This document shows, piece after piece, positions 1 to 11,500 of a stretch of DNA of 64,000 bases (position 1 is its first letter; each line of letters opens with the position of its first letter). The stretch spans positions 2,976,001 through 3,040,000 of the forward strand of contig OX337236.1 of assembly GCA_946965045.2 (NCBI GenBank), in the 5' to 3' direction. Below the pieces are notes generated by a model. It had not been told where the DNA came from and searched no databases. It saw nothing but the letters and a program-made list of their open reading frames with translations. Made by a program: the position numbers and the translations under genes. This stretch comes from Epithemia pelagica. Taxonomy: Eukaryota; Protista; Bacillariophyta.

Positions 1-3000
1 TTTATCACGGGTCGCACGTAGATAGCGGCAAATTCGTTTGACTGCCACCACATGGGATAGCTTCGGATCGTTACAGAACCTAGCACATTGATGCACAGCG
101 TAGGATAGATCCGGGCGAGACATGGCTTGAAGATAATTGAGGGAACCAATCACGGCACGGTAGTTCCAATCTTGCTTCCGAGTGGGGCCATCAGAGTCCG
201 CGTGTAGGATCTTATTGTCTTCGGCTGGAGTGTCATGCATCTTGAAATTTTCTTGAGAGAGGCCCAGACCAAGATGATTCAAGCAGTTGTCGATCGACTT
301 CTGTTGTTGCAACTCAACACACCCATCTTCATGTCGAATGAATCGGGCTCCAAGATAGTCCAACAGTGGACCATCGTCTGTCAGGTCAAAGGACTTTTGG
401 AGCAGCGCTACTTCTCGGTCAATGGCTTTCGGATCCGGAGAGAAGAAGGCTGCGTCGTCAATATACAGGACGAGAAGAACGACGCCCTTTGAGAATAAAC
501 AGGGATCAACGTTGGATTGTTTGAAGCCTTGCTTGAGGAGTCCATCTTTTATGTGCTCATGCCAAGTCACTTGGCCGTCTTTCAAGCCATACAAGTTTTG
601 TTGGAGCTTCAGCAAGTGTTTATTCGGGTCAAGGCCGGGCAATGTGGTACCTTTTGGCAATTGCATGAAGATATCAGTCTTCACCTTTGCTTGCGTGTAC
701 GCCATAATGAAGTCGATCGATCGCATGTCCCATCCCAAAATCAACGCCTGGATGAAGATGCACCGGACGGTTGGCCATGCAACAACAGGGGAAAAAGTGG
801 ACCAGTAGGTATCACCAAAAACCTGTCTGTGGCCTCCAGCACAGAGGCGAGCTTTCCATTTAATGATTGCTCCAGCTGGGTCCTTTTTGCGCATAAACGA
901 CCAAACCATGGGGATTGGTTTTGCGTTGGGTGGAACTTGAGCTTTATGCACGATCTTCCAATGCTTCAATTCGGCATGCTGTTTGAGTTCCTTCACCATG
1001 GCCTGAATGAACTTGTCGCTATCTTCTTGTTGGAGAGCGATATGCAAGGGCATAACATCTGGCTTGATGGCGGCGGTGCTCATCATCTGCAGCAGTGCCA
1101 AAGGATGATAGTCGGCCAAAGTCTTGGCCACATCCTGAGCCATAAAACAACAATGATAAGCAATCAACGACAATCGAGAAGGGGGACGCACTTGTCGACT
1201 GGTCCTGGTTTGCCCTGTGGGGGCAATGTCCACTGGGTATGGTTGTGGAGTCTCTTCTGGTGGAACAGAAGCTATCTGTGGCTCGGGTTCGGCATCAGGA
1301 AGAGGAGCTTGATCGTCAGCAGGCACTTGCGGAATTGCACCCGTCAAGAGATCGGGTAATTCGAGCAAGGCCTGTGGGATGTTGTTCCCAAAGTTGAGTA
1401 AGTTGGATTCTTGTTGTCGTTGTTGTTGTTGTGTACGTGATCGTCGTGTCAAGGGACGCGAGATCAGATGGTCAGATCTATTTTCATCTCCTTTGTGCAC
1501 TAACGCATTTTGCTTCCAAATGCTTGTGTCATGTTGTTCGTTCTTCACTGTCTCGAATTTGTCGTCATACACGCAATGGAATTGTGGGCTTACAAGACCA
1601 GTTTGCGTAGACAGGATGAGAGGAACAGAAGCAGCATGATGGGGCGAGTGACACAACAATACACCAACTCGAGATCGTTCTGCCCATTTGGGATGAGGGC
1701 TTCCTGTTTGGAGTGGAGCTTGGAGCACATAAACGGGGCAACCAAAAGGATGAAAGTGTTTGGTGTTTGGTTCCACATCGGAGTTGGAAAAGATGGAGAT
1801 GGGAGATTTTGCTTTGTTGTTACGTGGGAGTGCATTGCGAATGTTTGTTGCATGCTTCACCGCTTGTGGCCACAAATTTGCTGTGATGGTTTTCGGCCAT
1901 CTGTGAGCAGCATGAAGGATCATCGTTCTTGCGCTTTCGGTAAGGTCTCGAATTCGCCTTTCCGCGATCCCATTCTGATGGTGGGCTCCCACGCCACAGA
2001 AAGAAATTGTTTGGAGTGCGTTTTTGACATCGTTCACAAACTCCTTGTCCGCAAATCGTCCATTGTCACAATGATAATGCTGGACGGTAACACCATGCCG
2101 TTGCGCGAATCTTTCGAACTCGTGTTTTGCTTCCAAGGTTTCTTCGGTGGTAATGGCGTGCATTAAATGCACGTAAGTCAAATCGGACGCGTGGTCAACA
2201 AACACTGTGGCACCTTTGAATCTTTTCTTGGTCGGTTGGCCCTTTCCTGTTGGTACGAGACCAGGAACTGGGGATTCCAACTGGTCCATGCTCACGACTG
2301 CGCCAGGGACTGTTGACGTGCGAATCTTCGGATCCACCTTGTGGGTGCACCAAGGTTTCTTGTGCGCTTTCCCATAGAGGCAGCTGGGACATTTGGGAGG
2401 CGCAACCTTTGCGAACTGTTTCGGGATCACGCCCTTTTCTGCTAGTTGTTTCAGTTGTTGAAAGGAGCAGTGACCCAATCGCTCGTGATATTGCATCAAG
2501 AGGTCTTGGTCCGAACGCAACAATGGTTCATCTTCCACAATGGGTGGCAAGACATTGGGATCCGTGGTGAAATCGGTTGTCACTCCCTCGGATGGTGACG
2601 ACCGGATTGGATGAATCGGCTGGGGCTCTTGGTCTTCATCATCGGGCGGAGGATCAGGAGGCGGACGCTCAGGATCATCTTCATCTTCTGAGTCAGAGAC
2701 TGGGTTGGCAGGCATTGCAAGAGCCATGAATGCACGGAAACGACGGAAACCAGGGGCTGTAAAGCACATACCGACGTTGTTCTTGTTGAGCGGTACGTAT
2801 TTGCTCACTTTTTGATCCTTGGTACTGAGCCACTCTAACTCTATGCTCATACCGTCAATTGAACAGCGAGCTTTTGTGTCTCCTTCTACTCGTCGTTGTC
2901 GAACAAAGACTTGGGGCACCATAATGTTGAGAGGGGCAGAAGGTAAGTGCCGCACATCTCGCAATTCGATGGTGTGAATCATGTTCAAGTCATCTTCATA

Positions 3001-3943
3001 CTTGATTGGAACGGTTCCTATGCCTTAGGGCATGACAGTTTCTCCATTTACGCCGAGCAAGGCTTCCTTCATTCTTTCTTCTTTGGTCAAGGGACGGTAG
3101 GATGTGAAGGCTCTACGGTACTTCCACAGGTGATGAGAGGCACCAGAGTCGATGAGAAACTTGTCGGCGTCAGAATCGAAGACGGCAGTACGAGGACGGT
3201 CATCCGAGCTTGTGGTGGACGTGCCATTCATAGCCAAATCAATCAATGGATTCTTGTTTGGGATGAACAAGGATGCCAATTGTTTGGCCTGGCGGAAGAA
3301 TGACTTCTTTTTGGTCCTATCTCGGGTGCGAGTGGTATCAACGCAACAATCAACGTCTTGGAAGTGAAACGTTTTGTTGGCTTGTTTGGAAAGATGACCC
3401 ACTGCAATCCACCGAATCTTTTGGTCAATTTGCAGCGCCGCGAGACATAACAATATACGAGGCAATTTGATGGTGATGTCAACTGGGAGACGGCGGCCCA
3501 CACTTGATCTGTGGATTCGAGTTCGGGGCGGACGACGTCGGAAAGGCTTGTTGGCGACTTTGAATGGTTTGGTTCGAGCGGAGAAAAATTTCACAATCCG
3601 CTTGATCCACGACAGAACCTCATGAAACGCGACAATATTCATTTTGATCGTAAGAAAAACAACAAACGGCCAAAATGCCATGAATGCATCCCATGAGGGT
3701 AGCAGTCATTCACTGCCATTCTTGATGATGGCTGCAAGAGCATCGGCCAAATCATCAGTATCGAACTCGCCGCCAGGAAGGATTGCGGCCATTCCCTTTT
3801 TGAGCTTGTCCACATCGACAGCAACTTCGGCGGCCACACCAGAACCAATTTACTTCCTTCGTACCTTTTATTTCCACGTAGACTCTGGTACTAAAGCTAC
3901 GGCCCATTTTATTGAACCATTTTGGTTCAATATCGCACACCGA
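1..3943 (-). mobile_element. Copia-1 LTR retrotransposon internal fragment, copy A (decayed gag end, protease, integrase, RT); no LTR visible
   Basis: Same sequence as the 1019-aa ORF at 42051-45110: GAG-pre-integrase HERLGH..CPSC, integrase SMDQ/HCDNG/HQNGIAERR, RT LYIDD. Protease LIDSGASHHL lies in 3025-3681. An in-frame TAA at 3025-3027 splits protease from the rest. PR-IN-RT order is Copia. Confidence 0.92.
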
Positions 3944-3947
3944 TTAA

Positions 3948-4032
3948 CGCCACACGTAAAGAACGGGTTTAAGCTTATGAGAGCAGCATATAGTTGTCTC
4001 CCATAAATTTTATGGGCGTCAACGTGCTGCTC
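3948..4032. repeat. piggyBac left end: TIR, 19-bp spacer, palindromic subterminal repeat (CCCATAAA-T-TTTATGGG)
   Basis: GAGAGCAGCATATAGTTGTCTCCCATA aligns with the reverse complement of the right end, GCGAGTAGCGTATACGCTACTCCCATA. Confidence 0.7.
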
Positions 4033-4212
4033 GAATTGTTGTCTCCCTTACTAAAACACTAATCCTACCTGTGTTAAGCAATGACACTTGTGTCATTTTT
4101 CTCCTCATTCATCTTGACGACATTCATTCATTCTGTGAATGGTACGATCAATTCGTCGTTACTTTCATTCTATATCACTTTCTTGTTCATCCCCACCTCC
4201 AAACTGACGGTC

Positions 4213-4845
4213 ATGAACGGTGAGTATATACTTGATTCATCAATTTCTTTGATACATTCGCACCTCATGTTTGTTATGTTTTCCACTTTAGGACTCATTG
4301 ATTCCATCGAGATTGCTGAGACGTACCTCGAAGAAGACAACAATCAAGCGAGTTCGGGTGTGATGGTTCCCTTTACCCTCAAGAAATCTCGAGTCATGAT
4401 TACGGGTGAAACAGGCACTGTTATTGACGAAACCGCAGAAGCCACCGAGACAAGGTATCTTCCTGAGGAGTATGCGTCTTCCGAAAGTGTCCAGGTGATT
4501 CTTCACGAATTGAGCAACAATACTCCACCCTCCCAAACCCATGGCTACATGTATTGGGAGAGTGTGTGTGGAGTATGCCAACAAAATCCCTGCGTCATTG
4601 TTGACAATCTGCCCTATCTTCACGAACTCGTCACGCACATGAAAAACAAAGGCGAGACGAACCGCGCCATTCGTTACCAGCTCTATTGGCGCTTGTCAAA
4701 TAAGCTTCACGGTCCCCTTGGACGTGGCCACCGTGTGCAACTCCCCGATTGTCTTGTTCAGTTTGTCCGTGACAACTTCCCTAACGAGAACCCAGAAGAA
4801 AAGTACGTCGGCTTTCAGGCAGGTCCCATCAATCACGACGAATAA
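4213..4845 (+). CDS. piggyBac passenger protein with a P2X7 cytoplasmic-ballast/nanor-like C-terminal domain (2 exons, about 186 aa)
   Basis: ATG at 4213, GT-AG intron 4220-4291 (72 nt). C-terminus CGVCQQNPC...IRYQLY...HGPLGRGHRVQLPDCLVQFVRDNFP...KYVGF resembles, from recall, the P2X7 tail (LPSC..WRIRKEFP...YSGF). Confidence 0.6.
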   Translation: MNGEYILDSSISLIHSHLMFVMFSTLGLIDSIEIAETYLEEDNNQASSGVMVPFTLKKSRVMITGETGTVIDETAEATETRYLPEEYASSESVQVILHELSNNTPPSQTHGYMYWESVCGVCQQNPCVIVDNLPYLHELVTHMKNKGETNRAIRYQLYWRLSNKLHGPLGRGHRVQLPDCLVQFVRDNFPNENPEEKYVGFQAGPINHDE

Positions 4846-4910
4846 ACAAGCGATACGGTAATCGTTCCTAAGCTCACATTATTCTCTTACTTAGATTATT
4901 TAGTTGTCGT

Positions 4911-7764
4911 TTACAATTCATGAATTTCTCCACTGTTCTCTGTACTTTCGTTGTCATGATCATTGTCATTCTCTACGTTCTCGTTATTTGTGTCTTCTTC
5001 TTCGTCGTCATCCTCTTCCATATCATTTGGTCCGCGATTTGTCCGCTTTCTCTTCCTTGTAAAGTCTGGAGACAGTCCATGCTTCTCTCGTAGATCCATT
5101 ATAATTGGGTGGTTTTTTTTTGGTGTGTACTTGTAGCGACTTCCCGGAGACAAAGCCGGACGACACATGAACATCTCTCTTCCCTGTGGTGAATGGAGAA
5201 TTTCGAAGCAAGTGTGGTCTGTAAATTGTGGGAGCGTATGGATTTTCCAGCCATCCTCTCTGTCATCCTTGCATGACACTAAATGTGCCACGAGTCCACA
5301 CTTGACACATCGACCTACGTTGGTAAACATTCCTTTCATGCCGAGCTCTTTGCGCCTCCACCGATATTCCAACAAGCAAACTGTGCATCCGACACGTTTG
5401 TTCCCTTCCAATGGCACTGGATAATGCCCATCCTCACATGTTGGGCGACTGGCAACTCGAGTCCTCCTTGCTAAAGCGTCCACTTCTTCTTGTGCAACAT
5501 AGCTACACATTGTTTGCGCAACAATAGTGTAGAACGTATGTCGCGACAGCTTGGTTCGTCTTGATCGTACTCGATCCCCAGACGACATGTTCCATCCGAT
5601 GTAAGCATTCAATAGCATCACATCCATTATTGCCAATGCTGACTTCTTGTACCACTTTTTGTAATGTCCATGGGTTGCAAAACCTCCGAAATGGGAACGC
5701 ATCTGATCTCCATGATCAATGCCCCCCATATTGTCCTGATAACGTATTAGAGGCATTGGACAATTGAAGTCCTCTTTATTTGGTCCCACTTGACGCTGCA
5801 CTTCCCCTTTGCCGTTGCTTTCATAGCTGGAAACGAAATTGACGACTTTCGAGTCCACCTATTGGCCGATAACAATTCCATTCACTTCGTCGTGAGCCAG
5901 GTTGATTGTTCTGCGATTTGTTGCTGTTTTTTTCAATGTCATCAGCGTCTTACTCCACCCCACTCGGTTTGTCCTCACAGTACCAGTAGCAAGGATCTTC
6001 AAACGGTCACGGAGGATAACCAGTAGCTGTGGGGCTGCGTACCGGTTATCCATAAACAAATGGCAGAATCCGTTGGTTCCCTTGTGTAATTCTAATGCAT
6101 AACATGCATTGACAACTGCTTTCATGGTCGTAGGTAGTTTCTTTGCCTCCTCTCGTATGTACGAGTTGGTCGCATTCTTTCCTTGATACACGTCGATATG
6201 AAGGATGGCGTATGATCTGGAAGAAGCCATGATGAAAAAATCGACCCGGAATTTTACCGGTTTATCTTTATTATACTGTCGGACGGGGCAGTATCTTGAG
6301 CGGCAGCCGATTCCTCCTTCATCGAAAGCCAAGTCTTCTGGTATTTTGAACGATCGTTTCGAAGCTCCATTTACTGCCTGAAGTAATTGCCGTTATTGGT
6401 AGCACTTGTCACCACCTCTCCCAGCACTTTTCTTTTGTGGATGAAACGCACCGCGAATCTGACGAAATCGAGCAAGTCGCATGTATCTGAAAGCCCATCC
6501 CTCACTATCCAAAATTTCTACCGAAGGGAGAGCTGTCCCTAAGCTAAACATCCGATTGGATGTTTGAAAATAGGTGGCATATCCACCTCCATCGATTGGT
6601 CGAAGAGACATCATCAGAATGATGCCTAAGAACCGCGTCATTTCTTGTTCCGTTACATCTTGCCACTTCTGTGAATGGAAGTAACCCCTGCGCCCCATCA
6701 ACTTGGGACGGATTTTCTCGTGAAAATACTGATTGGTTGCGGCGGCCATATCGGAAATGAGAGCGGTTGATATGCCTCCGACCACACGCAAACTCTCCAA
6801 CGGTGTGGTGAAATCTTCCGCAATACCTAATTTCAGACCGTCTTCTCCGCTAAACATATTTCTGTTGTGACGTTCCTTTCCAATCCAAGAGAGTCCGTTG
6901 TCGGAAGCATCAATAGACTTGTAATGGAAGTGCAGGTTGTCAATCAGAACTTTTAGGTTTGTTGTATTGTTTGGGTCATCGTCGTCTGAATCTGAATCGC
7001 CAACACCGTTGTGCTCGTCGTGATCAGTCACGTCGTTGTCCTCGTTGTAATCGTTCTCATCTAGTGGATTCAGAGGCCGTGCAGCTGATTCATTCAACTC
7101 AAGTTCGAAACCACCTTGATGGTCTTCATCAGAAGACGAACCACTGTCCTCATCGAGATTACCTACATTCGTGTTGCGCTGTTGTTGTCGGGTTGTGACA
7201 CTTGTTTGTCTCGTCGAGGCGGCGGCACTTGTTTGTCTCGTCGAGGCGGCCGTGCTTGTACTCCCAAACAGACGTGTCGTTAGTTGGTTCATTGGAGTGT
7301 TATTGTTATCAGCATCTCCATTATCGACTCCATTATTGGCTTGGGCGTTATCTCCGGGAGAGGGTCCGACTTGTGGAGCCGTCATAAGAGTAGCGCGTCC
7401 TCGAGCCCACTCTTGTGTCGACGGCAGGTTTGTGTTTTGACGTGTACGTGAATTGCGGCTCGATCCACGTAGAGAGGAGTTACTAGCATTCTTCAGTGCA
7501 TCCCTCCTTTGTGCTCGTTCGGCTGTGGAAGGAGGTGGTGGTTGTGCTCGGCGTCGTCCCTTGTTATGTCTGGGTGAACGTCGAACCGAAGGGGACTGTG
7601 TGATATTGTGGCTGTTCGGGTCGTTTCCTTTATCGGGTTGAGAAACATTAGTTGAACTTGGTTGTTGGGTTCCAGTTCTCTGAGATTGTTGAGATTGAGT
7701 TGCCTGGTTCGTTCTATTAGTACTAGGAGGTGCATGATATGCTTCGATGAACTGTCGAAGCCTC
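4911..7764 (-). pseudogene. piggyBac-family DDD transposase, 3' part (two in-frame nonsense codons)
   Basis: One frame from 7760 to 4911. Motifs AFDEG, QYNKDKPVKF, FMDNRY, YQDNMGGIDHGDQ and a C-terminal CxxC..CxxCxxxxH domain. Premature TAA at 6393-6395 (KCYQ*R) and TAG at 5859-5861 (GQ*VDSK, Trp expected). Confidence 0.9.
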
Positions 7765-8548
7765 TGTTACAATTCTCTTGGAATTGCAGTGGCGTTGATG
7801 CTCGGTAGAGCAGACAATCAGGTAGTCACCAACCGATACAAACCTCTCCACGGGTAAGAGAGGAAAGCAAGTCGTAGTCTATCAAAAGGATAGTCGGGAC
7901 ACAAAAGAGGATGTGATAAATGGTGATATTGTTAGATTGTGTGTTGATTACTACGATAGGTCTACGTGAAATGTTCGGTCCTGCCAAGGGTCATGTGTCA
8001 TAGGTTCTTGGCGGCAACAGGTTTGGAATAGTTGGAGTTGATTCATGTGATGTATATGACATGTATATGTGGACGGATAACATATACAGGGTCAACAGCT
8101 CTTGCTTTGGATTGGCATAGTTGTTTTCATGGCGCGCAGCTTGTTGACAATTTGGAGATTATGGGAATGGAAATATGGTCTTGCGTGATTGTGTGTCGTG
8201 CTTGGGATACTTAGACCGTTGGGTCGGATAGATGCCGACAGCGCTCGGATGTCGCGTGGGCGCGCTCGATGATTTCGGGCGCGTACGCTTAGGGCGTTAG
8301 TATAATGTCCGAGCAACGGCCAAATTTACGTCCGTTGTAATACCGCACGACCCAGTTTAGTCTTGAGAGTGAGTTCGTCAATCTATTCTCACTTTTCATG
8401 ATTTGCAAAGAAATATAGGTCAATATAGCGCGAAGCTAGGGAACATAGCTCGAAGCTAGATGGCATGATGCGATAGCACGAGGCTATGTGACATGGGGAA
8501 TCGATGAGATGTAGAATCTAACCACCATAGACAGTGAGAATTCTAACA
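7765..8548 (-). repeat. Copia-2 3' LTR (784 bp)
   Basis: Direct repeat of 15366-16147 with 10 substitutions and one 2-bp indel. Termini form a 12/13 inverted repeat (TGTTACAATTCTC...GAGAATTCTAACA). Confidence 0.97.
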
Positions 8549-11500
8549 CTCCCCACAACTCGTCCTTTCAGCCTTGTTATCATTGGATTTGTTGAGGTCT
8601 TGAACTTCTCCTTTCCAAAACAACAAGGGCTTGAGCATGGGCCAAATAGATACGAAATCCCAATGTTTGCTAAGGATATCGGCAGGGTTGGTCTTTCCAT
8701 CTTTCCAGTAGAATGCAACATACTTTGCTGCGATGGCTTCACGAACTCGGTGGTATGACAGAAGATGGTGTCTCTTGGATAGTATGGAATGAGGAATGGT
8801 TGCATTGAGCACAACAGATCTGTTATCTCCGTACATGTAACTTCGCTCTCGGATAGGTACTCCAAGGTAGCGGAGAGAATGTCGTAATTCTGTAATCTGA
8901 TCTATTGCTGTCCTTGCAGCCACAAACTCGGATCCATAGGTAGCAGTTTCCACCGTGCTCTGTCTCTTGCTGTACCAGTCAATAGGTGTTCCGTTCAACA
9001 AATGTAGAACAGCAGTGACGGATTTACCAGTGACTATGTCATGCATGAGATTGGCATCAACATAATGAGTTGTGGTAACATAGCGGCCAAGAGGTGTTGG
9101 GCAGTCTTCAGGAATACGTTCACTTGCATTCGAATAGACAGTGCGAGTCCAATCAAATTCTTGGGTAGGAAGACTTGAATAATCAGGCTCTCCAATCCTA
9201 AATCTGATTGCGCCTTCTGGGAGATGTGCAAGGTATCCATAGATACGCTTGGCTCTATCAAGATGTCCTTTCCTCGGAGCAGCACGAAAGCGTGATAGCG
9301 TCATTGTAGCGGTGAAGACGTCGAAACGACCAATAGTGATCACCCATTGGAGTTGTCCAATCAGAGTTTGGAAATGGCTAGTACCTTCTTCATCAAGGAG
9401 CTCAGAATCATCCAATTCAGGATGGTCTCCACCAATAAGAGGTGTTTTGGCTTTCTTGGGTTTCGCCTTGAAGATTCGTTCGAAAGTGTCCATCATCTTA
9501 CCAATGTAGCGTCTTGGATCTGCTACTAATGTTCCATCAGAATCCTTGGTGTAACAACATCCCAAGTGGAAATCAATAGGTCCATCTCCTTTGAGTTTGA
9601 AGTTGTATTTCTCCTTCAGGATCTTGCAGATATTCCCAGGATCAGTAGAAATAATGGCTAAGTCATCAACGTATACGGCAATGTATTCGTAACAGTCTTC
9701 TCCAGGTGCTTTCCTCATCCAGATATCCGGATCTGCTTTGCTTGGTGAAAAACCCATGTCTGTCAAAACATCGAATAAGACATCATGCCAGCGTGCGCCT
9801 GATGACTTCAATCCATAAAGTGCCTTGTATATAATCAGGATGTGACCTTCTAATTCCTTGAATTCAGGTCCTGCGACAATGAAGATTTTCTCCCCTGTCA
9901 AGGCTTCCAGATATGCGTTTCCAATATCTGCTCCCCATATTTCCAAGTCATTCAAAGTACCCAGGAATAAGGCAATGCGGAGGTTGCGAATGGAAACAAC
10001 ACCTGAATAGATTGTCTCAACAGGTTCTTTTGTGAGATGTCCATCTGCGACAAGTCTTGCTTTATGTCGTCCATCATGTTTTACGTCAAAGACAAGATGT
10101 ACACGTATCTTATGATATCCTTCAGGTGCATTGGATACTTTCCCTTTAATGAAGATGGCTTTCCCAAAATCCTTGAATGTCTTGTAGGACTGGATCTGTG
10201 ACAATTCTAATTCTGTTGCATCCTGCCACTTTGTGTTGCCATGCTGTTTATCAAGAGCGACAGCTTCCTCATAATTGCGTGGTACTTGTAATCCAAACTT
10301 ATACTTGACAGAATGGTGAACTTGTTTAATCCTTGACTGTTTGGTTGCTCGAATGAGACGTTTGCTTGTTTTGACATAACGTTTCAAATGCTTCCATCCA
10401 GGTTCGTTGAGTAAACCATGTTTCTTTCCATAAATTGCTACAGTGATCGGATCATCATTGGCGATGAGTGATAAAGGTTCATAGGTAGTCTCCCCAGTTT
10501 CCCAATCAACAAGCAAATTATATTTGCTCCCCTTGTAATCTGGAGCAGTTGTGTTCAGTGGGCCTTGATGGGCAATGACGTCCCTGAACCTGAAAAGATT
10601 ATCTCCAGAGGTTTGAGCTTGGTTATCTCGTTCGATATACTCCATGAGTTGATTATAGGATATCATCTCATCAACATCAGAATTTGTCTTTCGGTAGATG
10701 TACTTGACACGTTCTTCCTGTTTCGTTGCTTCTTCATTAAGATCAATGACTCGTTTGATGACACGTGCACGGTGTCGCTCCCCATTTTCTTCTGTGTCGC
10801 ATAGGAATGTGCGTCCTATCATGTCGTCAAAATCGATCGTGGGCATTGGTTTGGATGGATCTTCACTATCACTGCAAATGAAGACAGTGTCAGCTTGCTT
10901 ATCATTGTCATCCTTCTCAGACAAATCCTCCCCTGAAGGTCGATCCACACGTAGGTTAGGTGTAGTGGATTCAACACGGCGAACGGCAGAACGGTAGATT
11001 ATCTGGTTATCCTGGGTGAGAATCTTCCAAGTAAAAGAATCACCAACGTTGTGAGCAAAACCAACCCAGTGGCCAAGTTTCTCATCCGAAGAAGATGGAT
11101 ATGAACCAGAATTGGGTTCAGCGGGGTCGACACGGTAGTATACCTCATCCCAGAAAGGAAAGAACAAGAGATGAGTAATGTCGGGTGGGCGTCCGGAGAG
11201 AGCCTCAAGAGGAGTGCGACCGGAATGGGTGGGTGATGATGTATGGTTCAATAAGTCACAGACATACTCAAGGCAAAGAAGCCAGGTGTTGGCAGGGCAA
11301 CCAGTGGCATTCATGAGAGCGTTGGTCATACGTTTGACGGTCTGGTAACGGTTTTCAGCCTTATTCTGGTGTTGATGATAAGGTTCGGATCGATACTCCC
11401 CAATAAGCAAAGTGCGAAGAATGTCTTTGACCTTTTGAGAGATGAGAGATGAACCACCATCACTGATAAGAGTCTCCATGGCACCACGAAACCGGATGTT

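Noticed and set aside
235-2570. Plus-strand ORFs of 85-280 aa over Copia-1, and similar short or antisense ORFs over the other pol genes
   Set aside because: Antisense or off-frame shadows of the retroelement coding strand with no recognisable domains.
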